From the NCBI GenBank assembly GCA_024626585.2, contig JANKJI020000002.1, forward strand, positions 157,021,326-157,040,308: DNA of 18,983 bases. Reading direction: 5' to 3'. This document shows positions 9,586 to 18,983 of this stretch, piece after piece. This DNA comes from Ginkgo biloba (Eukaryota > Plantae > Ginkgophyta). The first letter of the stretch is position 1; each line of letters begins with the position of its first letter. Under the pieces are notes generated by a model that saw nothing but the letters and a program-made list of their open reading frames with translations, did not search any database and was not told the origin of the DNA. A program made the position numbers and the translations under genes.

Positions 9586-11679
9586 ACCCAAACACACAAA
9601 TTAACTATCATTCGCTAAATACTCAACTATGGCTAGGTCAACACTTAACTATTCTTAGATGAAAATACTATTAAAATACTAATAGAATATTAATAGAATG
9701 ATATTTTATGGAAATTATTTTCCATGGGCACATATTAATGTGTGTGTGTCCCCAAAATTATTATGTACTAATTGACATTCATTCTCTAGACTAAATATTA
9801 TTTCCTTAACTTTGAATACCATAAATCTCAACAATCCAAACATCATAAACTCTTATTTAAATTGGAATATAAAATCTATTTTAAATTTATTTCTTATCAT
9901 ATATAAAAGAATTCATCACTTATGTATAATAAAATCATAGAGATCAAATATAGCACAACCATAGAGAAAAATAAAATCATCCCCATGAGTGGGTATTTCA
10001 TGAAATGGAATGGATGCATTTGTAAGAGCTTGAAGGAGACAAGTAAAAATTTGCAATGCAATATATGCTTCTAAGTAATAAGCATTCCCTTTCCTGGACT
10101 TTGTTTATACTGACAGGTGTTGTGTGGAGGAAGAAATGTATGTAGAAACAGAAACTGAAATCTTGGGAGCAAAATGCATTGGTGTATTATTTCTACATCC
10201 CAATCATGATTTTACAAGGCGTAATTGAAATTTTGATTTTGTATCTAAGCAAAAGCATAAATGTGAATGCAGATTTGTTGAAACTTGCTTGATGGTAGGC
10301 TTTCTGGATTGGATTATAGAAATCAAATTGATATGGTGCAAGAACCCCCTCTAGGGCTATAGACAATTGTTTATGCCTCATTGGTAACTCAAACTTATAG
10401 GAGTCAACACTTGAAAACAGTTGCAGGCTTGAGACTATATCCCTGGCACATTTGATAATGTTAAAAGTCATGGAAAACAATTGCAGCCCTATATGTCTTC
10501 ATTAGGTGTCAATCAAACTATATCTTTCAACTGAAAGGAAGAAAATTGCGAAGAGTACCAAACATTCATTTTTGTTGTCCCAAAACTCGACGTGAACAGA
10601 TTATGATGGATTTGATAATTTCTAATGGTATTCTATATGACTGTTTAGAAAAGTTTTTCTCTGTTGGATCACAACACTTTTATTCACAGGTGAAGCATCC
10701 ATTTTTGCCAGTGATCAACAGCAACCATGATTGCATTCCTAAAAGGGCTAGAGGAAAGTACTTGACCATGAGGGTTGGTTTGTCTAGGCATTACATTCCA
10801 ATAATGATATGCTTGTTCGATGTGCAATAAACATACGAGTGTTGGAAATTAAAATAATTTACTTACATAGGATGCTTGTTTAATTCTAATCTTGGATATA
10901 TCCTGGAAGTTCAAGGGTTTATGAGTTCCTTAGCACTAGTGCGAGTAAATATATGTATGTCTCCAACTTTAAGGATTTATGGGTTATGGGGAGTTTAATT
11001 GGCATTTCTTGCAAATTTTGTCAATGAAAATTCTAATCCTAATCTGGTTGAATCCTCAGGAAGACCAGTGTGAATCCCCGTAGATGGCATGATTCATTTT
11101 GTCCAGGACATTGCTCTCTCAAGATATAAAATGGAAGTTCCATTCACACTTTGCCCTTCTAAAAGGCAATATAATGACCATGTAATTGTCATGCTAGAAA
11201 ATATACTAATCAACATACCATGTATTGAGGCCATTAAAGTCCACCCACATTATAGATAATAGGAAATTACTTATTTGAATGCTCTCCACAAATTCCCTCC
11301 ACCATAGACTATGATTCAGAGAATCTTCTTCACCAATAAAATCTCCTTTTCTGCAATAACACCAACAAACCACATATTGAGTTGAGAGTAATTTCTTGAG
11401 TTCATAACTCTTTTCATATCTTCTTTAAAATTCTTTAAAAATGATCACTAGTCACACATGTTGTTTCAACTTACATTGAATCTATTTTCCTTTAGATGCT
11501 CCATGTATTTAATAAGTTCCTCNNNNNNNNNNNNNNNNNNNNNNNNNNNNNNNNNNNNNNNNNNNNNNNNNNNNNNNNNNNNNNNNNNNNNNNNNNNNNN
11601 NNNNNNNNNNNNNNNNNNNNNNAACCGCTTCCGCACAGCTTAATGCTCTTTTAAAACATCCAACACCGAGCGGGCACTT

Positions 11680-12430
11680 CAGATAGTATCCAAAGCATCA
11701 ACAAATAATGTTTTGATAATTTAAATGAATTAATCCCCAAACACCAAATCTTTAATCATTATTAAAATAAAATCCCATTTCATTTTATCATAAGCCTTCT
11801 TAAGATCAATTTTTATGAACAATATTTCCTAGTTAGACTACCAGGCTTATTCCATTCCTTCCCATATACCAATTAAATTATCAATGATATACCTACCTTT
11901 AATGAAACTAGTTTATTCTAGTCTGACAATAAGAGGGAGGAAGTGATTTACCCTCTTAGTAATAGCCTTAGCAAGAATTTTACAAGAGACATTCAATAAA
12001 GTTATCAGCCTCCAACTTCATATCAATTCTTGGTCTCCTACCTTAGTTATAAATCATATGTGCCCCCTATTAATTATTTCTCCCAAGGATCCTTTGGAAA
12101 TTGCTTCCTTATATACATTAAGTAATGAGGTCCCTATGAAGTCCCACGTAGCTTTATATAACTTGCATGGAAGCCCATCTAACCTAGGATATTTCTCATT
12201 ATCTATATCATCTAATACATCCTTAATCTCTTCTAAGGTGAGAGGGGAATCATAGATATATTTATGAATAGGATCTAGCTTAATGGGGACCACTCTCTGA
12301 CATTCTTCCATTTTGTTTTTCCTTCGCTTAGATTGACCCTAGCATCTAAAAATAATATCATAATTCAAGGTATGGTAACTCGTTAGATACTTTCTCAAGG
12401 CAATCACATTTGAAATTTCAATGATTCCAG
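11680..12430 (-). mobile_element. L1-type LINE ORF2 reverse transcriptase remnant (pseudogenised)
   Basis: Minus strand reads PLTLEEIKDVL...KYPRLDGLP...WDFIG...I..KVGD...SWRLITLLNVSCKILAKAITKR...FIKGRYIIDN...KIDLKKAYDKMKWDFI, the canonical non-LTR RT N-terminal motifs (KSPGPDG, WRPISLLN, DxxKAYD), with many stops. Confidence 0.92.
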
Positions 12431-13502
12431 ATGAATACTACCAAAATCCACCAAATGATAGAGTCCCATTCCTAGGTGCCTCGTTTTTTCCAAGTAATGG
12501 AGGAAATGCAAACAAACTGCAACATTGAAGATCATTAGATCAACAACCAAAGCACTGTCCACAGTTCGCTCTCTAAAGCGAAATGATTAATATATTAGTT
12601 GACATCACCAATCCTATTGCCTCAAACAAAAGTGTGTCACAAGAGGTCTTCCCACTCAGCATTGATGTCAGATTGATATACATTTAAATTCACATGCTTC
12701 ATCAAATTATATTATTTGCTTCTAATATCATCTTATTATTACAAGAGTTAGCATTAAATTTTATCTTAGTTGTAAGATTACCCCTATGGAGTTATTTCAA
12801 GGCAATTGTTGTATAAGCATGTGCAATTTTTTTAGGCTAGCAAATGGTAAATTTGCCCCTAGACACCATGTCTAGTGGACTTAATGAGTAGACGTGTTAC
12901 TCGTGGACCCACCATATCTATTTGGAATTTGTCTGCTTCAATTATGTCTCCATTTTTTTCACTCCATTATAGGTCCCTTTGTTGGTCCATTTACTTCCAT
13001 CACTGCATTACTAGATCGACGTTGTTTTCCCTACTTGTTGGTTCTTATCTCAGAGTGAATTCTAACGACACATTATCAGTATATGGTGCAGTTTGATGCC
13101 ACCAACTCAATAAGTTATCATTAATGCATAAGGTCATATCGTGAAGCTTTTTCTCTTTCCAAAGTCATTCTCTGTTCTATATTTTTGAATTGTTTTGTAC
13201 CCTTTAATACTTCTGTGTGCATTATATACAGAGAATATTGAAAATTTTGGATGATTTTAAGGTCAAAATCCAATGTAAGTTTTTAAGCATTTCAAAAATT
13301 TCTTGAAAATATTTCATTTCAAACTGCCATCAGTGATTTCTAACAACCGTGGCCTTAGGTGAGTGGAGATTTTTCTCTCTTTGCATGTGTAACACTGAAA
13401 ACNNNNNNNNNNNNNNNNNNNNNNNNNNNNNNNNNNNNNNNNNNNNNNNNNNNNNNNNNNNNNNNNNNNNNNNNNNNNNNNNNNNNNNNNNNNNNNNNNN
13501 NN

Positions 13503-14560
13503 CCACAATAGGGCTCCAAAATTAAAGATTTTTCCCTTCTTTGAGAGAAACCAACATCCTCAATATTAGAGGAATGTAACAAAACATTTCTCTCATGTTA
13601 GGTGCTTATTAGGTTTCTACTCAACAAATCACCATTACACATATTGTTTCCCATGGAAAAATCATATCTCATTTTCTTTATTTATCCATTCTCTTCCAAA
13701 GCTCAGATCCCTCCCTTTGTTATTAGTTCTAGGAATCCTTCTAATATCAAATTTATGCAAGCCAATGCTATGAATTTTTCTTCCATTTAATCTTGTCTAC
13801 CTTCCTCATCTTCATGCTCTTATTACTTATCTCTGCAAAATAATTATCTTTCGACGACTCCTTAATTTTTGGGCTTCTCCTTATCTTTTTTCCCCTACAT
13901 TTTTCTCATGGATTCCTTGAGAGTTATGATCTTCCCTCTTGGTTCATTTGGGATGCTCTTCCTCTTTTTCCTTTCCTTCTTTTCTCATTGTCTAGGCTCT
14001 TAGAAGGCCTAATTTGGTTACCAATCCATTCCATGATGCATTCCTTAGATCTAATTTCTCTGCTACCATCATGTATCCATCACCAATCTTCAAAGGTTTC
14101 TTCTTCTAATCCTTGTTAATGTTGTTTGGCAATAATACTTGCAATTCTTCATTCCAACTAGTCCCCTCTTTTAGTGGGCATACCTTAATCTAGTCCTCTA
14201 CTTCAACCATACACTTTCCAAACCTAGATGCTCTAAAACAATTTTGTTTCCCTTGGTATTCGATTTTTTATCTTNNNNNNNNNNNNNNNNNNNNNNNNCT
14301 ATAAAAAATCTCCATCTTTTCCTTGGAGACATTCCCAATGCTTCCTTCATTATGATATTTATGAGCCCTTGATTCCATTAATCTCTCATCATCAGATGCG
14401 TCAAATTTTTCTTTAATGATCCTTAAAAGATCCTGACTCTTCCAAAGTAACTAGATTTTCTAACATGGAGGGTGGTGTTATGGTAAACTAGAGGATTGAA
14501 GATTTGGTAGTCATAGTGAAAGTATGTGTAATTACATTGGTTAAATTTTTCCATAGCTTG
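13503..14560 (-). mobile_element. L1-type LINE ORF1 remnant (degenerate zinc-knuckle region)
   Basis: Minus strand gives IFNPL...LHVRK...WKSQDLLRII (FNP...WVRL...FW...L..IG-like) at about 14420-14510 and KIEYQGKQNCFR...KVCPLK (YE...C..C...GH....CP-like) at about 14170-14270. Orientation and order are collinear with the RT remnant. Confidence 0.55.
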
Positions 14561-14580
14561 GAATAATGCTTGTGGCTATA

Positions 14581-15213
14581 TTCTGATTTCTTATACCTTT
14601 GTATTATTCATCCAACATAACTAAAATCACTTGGAACTAGATTTAGGATGTAAGAAGAGGCACATAAGATATGGTTTAGAGCTGAATCTAGGAAGAAAAG
14701 CCACAAAGGCACTAAGAAGAAGGCATCTAACAATAAATCATACGTTAGGCATATCCTTAATTTCTCTATGTTTTTCCTTAGTTGGCATATACTTTTATGT
14801 AGCAAATATATGCTCTCTACTCTAATATAGCTACATATTACATATTATCTTATGTTGGATTATGCTCCAATTATATTTTTTAGAAACTTTTAATAATGCA
14901 TGCATTTATATTTTGATTTCTTATACTTGTGTATTGTACAACTAAAAGAGTTACAAGCACTTGGACCTAGACTTGGTGTGTAGGAAGAGGCATCTAACAC
15001 GTGCACTTACTCCACTGAACTTGGCAGTGAGAGGGAGAAAGCAACCGACCATGAATCGCTTGTAGGCATCTGTTTAATCTTATTAGGATTGTGAATCTAG
15101 TATCCATATACATTTTTATTCAATAGGTATAAACTTTATGCAGCAAATATATAATCTTCCATCTAAATAGATATTTACTATGTATTATCTTATGTAGGAA
15201 AATGCTCTAATTA
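14581..15213. repeat. Diverged direct tandem duplication, two units of about 300-340 bp
   Basis: Unit 1 (about 14581-14873) and unit 2 (about 14911-15213) share collinear blocks: tgatttcttatac; cacttgga.ctaga.tt...tgta.gaagaggca; tttatg.agcaaatatat; tattatcttatgt.gga..atgctc.aatta. Offset is 330-340 bp. Confidence 0.8.
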
Positions 15214-15668
15214 ATTAATCTAAGCCATGGTATATCCCAAATTCCAAACATAGTTAGGGACAACTTGGTATGCTAGATTATGTTGTTTAATGTTTATTAT
15301 TTATTTTGTTTCCTTGTTTGTATTATTTGACATAGTCTTTTCTTGTTTTATGACTTTTTTTGTTGTGGTATGACATTTTTATAAGCATCTATGGTTTTGT
15401 ATTGAGTGTAGGTCAAACATATAAGAAAGGAAGCTCCTCATAAGAGAGGAAAGTATACTACCATTCCCAAGATGAAGAAGCAAAGGAGGGAGGATTGGAG
15501 AGTTCACAACTTGTTGGTCTCTATGACTAGAGAATGTAGAACAAAGAAACCATGTGCCACACTCTCTATCTAATTTTAAGAATTTGTTAATAAGATGTGT
15601 AACTACTCCTTACATAAACATGTGTACATTGACATTCCATACATAGTATTATGTCCATATATTTCACA

Positions 15669-15867
15669 TATCATTTTTATACTTTTATATAAGTCGTGCA
15701 AGGGTACTTGACTTATGACAAAGAAATGTATGCATTAGTACAAGTAGTGAAGCATTGGAGCTAATACCTACTTGACAAGGAGACCATTATACATTCATAT
15801 CACAAGCCACTTCAATATTTGTAGACTCAATCTAAGCTATAAAATACCAGGCATATTAAATGGGTAA
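15669..15867 (+). mobile_element. Ty3/gypsy RNase H domain fragment (pseudogenised)
   Basis: Reads YHFYTFI*VVQGYLTYDKEMYALVQVVKHWS*YLLDKETIIHSYHKPLQYL*TQSKL*NTRHIKWV, matching the Ty3 RNase H consensus YPTYDKELYALV..VK.W.HYL.GKE.IIHTDH.PLQYL. Confidence 0.9.
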
Positions 15868-17272
15868 NNNNNNNNNNNNNNNNNNNNNNNNNNNNNNNNN
15901 NNNNNNNNNNNNNNNNNNNNNNNNNNNNNNNNNNNNNNNNNNNNNNNNNNNNNNNNNNNNNNNNNNNTTATGTCCATATATTTCACATATCATTTTGAGA
16001 GATTCAACTTCAATTTGAACTTAAGGGTCATCAAATGCTTGATTGTGATACTATGATTACCAAATGATGCTTTTGTGACTTTTGCATAATATGATAAACT
16101 AACATATGTTGTTATTGCAAAGTTTGGGAAATATCCAATTTATTCTTATGTTAATAATAATATTGTGTTAACAATTATATGTCGCCCTCTTGTTGCCTCC
16201 TCTTTTATGGTTATAATATTTAAGTTCATTATGGATGTCTCCACTTGTATTTGTATGTTTGTGGTGCATGCATGTATGCACACATCTACATAAATAGAGC
16301 AGTGCTATGTTTACATTCTTATTTTATGGAAAATACTGTTGAACAAGACTATATCTATCATATGGCTATCATGTGAGCAACTATGATAATTGGTTGTTTG
16401 CTACAAATACTAGTTATCAACAAATCAAAATGGATATGGAATGTGTTATGTCAAGTTAATCACTAAGATATTTCCTCAACATGAACTCAACCTCTTCATT
16501 GTGTTTAAACTTGTCCTTCAATGATTGGTTCAACTAATTCAGATTGGAATTTTATCCATTCTATTATCTAATGGAAAGTAATCACTTCTAGGGTAGGTTT
16601 TGTTTGAATTAGATAAGCCCTCCATTATTTTTATGGCTTTAATTGTAATGACTCTCTTCCCATCCATGCTTTCTATGAATCAAGATATAATTCATGACAG
16701 ATGAATACTTTGAGTGGATCAAGCTTCCTATAATAATACTCAATCCTCCTCTCTCATTCATGCTTGTGCATTCAAGTTATACTTAGAGAAGAATAATTTT
16801 CTTAAAAATCCTAAAAATGAGCAAATTAATGGGTTATTTCCAATTTATCATAGTACATCCACTCTACCACCTTGTACATTAACTTCACATGAGATGTGTA
16901 GTAGTGGATTCATAGCCATACCAAGATGTATGATCTTGTAATTGGCTAAGGTGACATTTAATTAAACCTAAACACATGTCCTCACTTCATCGAGGATTCA
17001 GAGAAAGCCTTGTTTAAAAGGGAAGAGGTTTCGATATTTTATTTTAACCCATTTTATATTTTGTCAAGTTCATGGGGTTTAGGTCATATACCAACTTTTA
17101 CCATTCCATGATCTAATTCCTAAACTATAATTTGTGATAGATCACCATGGACCCAAATATACTTAAAAACTANNNNNNNNNNNNNNNNNNNNNNNNNNNN
17201 NNNNNNNNNNNNNNNNNNNNNNNNNNNNNNNNNNNNNNNNNNNNNNNNNNNNNNNNNNNNNNNNNNNNNNNN

Positions 17273-18983
17273 AAATAAAGGGAATTCTTATAATTATTAT
17301 AGCTTATTGTTGGGAAGACCTTAGATAAAATCTATGTGAGGATCCATACACTTAGAGAAGATTGTAATGAAATTTAAGCAAGGAAGAACATGGCAGTACA
17401 TTCCTTTTAATATGAATAAGGAGGCATTTGAAATCATTAAAGATGACAAAAGTTTTTCTGAGTTAGAAGCATAAGAAGATACCAAATTTGAGTAGGATAT
17501 TAAAAACATGNNNNNNNNNNNAATTATATGAAGGAAGCATACGAACTTGATGATTATGGAATTTTGAATTTTGACAACATCAAATTTAAAATCCCTAACT
17601 CTGATGATTTAGTTATATAATGGGAAGAAGAGATGCATGAAATGCACGATGTTGACAGTTAGTGAATTGTAGCTGAGGACGTAAACTCTAAGGTAAGTTA
17701 TTTGATAAAGGATCAAGTGAAAAGGAGAATGTAAAATGGTTTTCAAAATTAACCAAATACGTTGATTCTAAAGAATGGTATGCATTGTTTGAGTCTACTC
17801 TAAGAGGCTAAGAAAGCAAGTGTTTTAAGGTTCATCATTAATATTTGAAAGATTGGAATACTATAAAGGTGTTATTATTAGCTAGATTTTATAGAGTTAA
17901 ATCTAGACTATTGAACTTACACTATGATGGAGAAGAATATCTTAAGGAGTTTTTAAATAAAGATGAGATGACATGAAAGAGATATCATGTAGTATTAAAC
18001 ATAAATAAGAGATTGTTAAAGATAAATTCTCTGAGGTCTATAATATATAGTATATATTATTAATGGTATAATAAATTGGAAAGCATAGGCAAAATTAAAG
18101 ATTGGTAATAATTACACAATGGTATGATTGAGTCATTAGGTTGTGTTATTAAGAGCAAACACAATCCAATGACATTCTATAGTATGTAAAGAAGAAGATG
18201 GTGAACTTTACTTTTGGTAAAGTATTTTTAAAGAAATGTATGATGGCGATGATAGAATAAACTAAGAAATAAATTCTAGAGAACTTTATGAGAGTATAAG
18301 TGAAGGATAGAGAGGTCCTAGAGAAGCCAACAATCTTGGATACAAATTGACCTGATAAAAAACCATATAGAATAAAGACTCTTAAACTTGTAAAGGAGGG
18401 TGAGAATAACACCATTGAGGTTGGATATTATTGGGATGAGAAAATTATCATGATGGAACATGATGAGTTCAAAGAATATGTTGATGTTTTTTCATGGACA
18501 TATAAAGATCTATAAGGAATACCACCAAAAAATGGACAAATATAAATTGAGTTGGAAGATGGTGCAAAACTTATAAGGAAAAGACATTATAGACTAAATC
18601 TAAAGTATAATAAAGAAGTCTAGGAAGAGATAGAGAAAGTATTGGATGTTAGTTGTATATATCCAGTTGATAAATGTGAATGGGATTCACCCATTATAAT
18701 TTTTAAGAAGAAAAATGGAAAGTTGTGTATATGCATAAATATCATAAAGTTGAATAATGTGACTAGGAATGATACATTTCCAATAGAATTCATTAAGAAA
18801 GTGCTAGAGAATGTAGCAGGAATAGAGATATATTCATTTATAGATGGAATTCCAAGGTATAATAAAGTTCAAAAACACTGAGATGGTGAAATTAAGATAA
18901 TATTTGCTATAAAATGGGGATGTTATGCATATCAAGTGATTCCATTTGGTTGACAAATACACTAGTTGTATTTTTTAGAATAA
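17273..18983 (+). mobile_element. Degenerate Ty3/gypsy (non-chromovirus Tat/Athila-like) gag-pol remnants running off the window end
   Basis: Protease C-terminal YSLLLGRP* at about 17297-17323. Gag-like WYALFESTLRG...KDWNTIK..LLARF at about 17770-17890. RT at about 18360-18983: EYVDVFSWTYKDL*GIP...IELEDGAK...YRLN...IYPVDKCEWDSPII...KKNGKLCICIN...LNNVTRNDTFP...YSFIDG..RYN, with stops and frameshifts. Confidence 0.9.

Noticed and set aside
9231-9662. ORFs spanning the N gap and TA repeat
   Set aside because: These are artefacts of N runs and the microsatellite (YIYIY translations).
10700-10790. Minus-strand IMVAVD as a displaced USP first exon
   Set aside because: It is only a 6-residue resemblance, followed by non-USP sequence and a stop, on the wrong strand and in the wrong position.
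11100-11522. Minus-strand fragments (IMWVDFNG; MELPFYIL) resembling L1 endonuclease or a retroelement accessory ORF
   Set aside because: The matches are too short and mutually inconsistent to assign.

Overview
Eukaryotic land-plant nuclear DNA from a gappy draft assembly (AT-rich, GT-AG introns, many N runs). The decayed retroelement types would fit a gymnosperm or fern-like large genome, but the taxon cannot be fixed from sequence alone. There is one host gene, on the + strand at about 5415-9248: a spliced USP/STK_N - coiled-coil - Ser/Thr kinase - U-box protein (plant U-box kinase, PUB34/35/51/52-like, RLCK-IX). Its coiled-coil, kinase and U-box exons are clean. Its 5' half is irregular: the first USP exon(s) are missing, the first visible exon is fused to a short tandem repeat at a microhomology, and the linker has four in-frame stops that one extra intron could remove. 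The rest is a transposon graveyard: an L1 3' end, L1 ORF1 and RT remnants, Ty3/gypsy protease, gag, RT and RNase H remnants, plus a diverged ~330-bp tandem duplication and a (TA)n microsatellite. I find no convincing previously undescribed system. The best leads concern the PUB-kinase 5' structure, and several oddities may be gap-filling artefacts.
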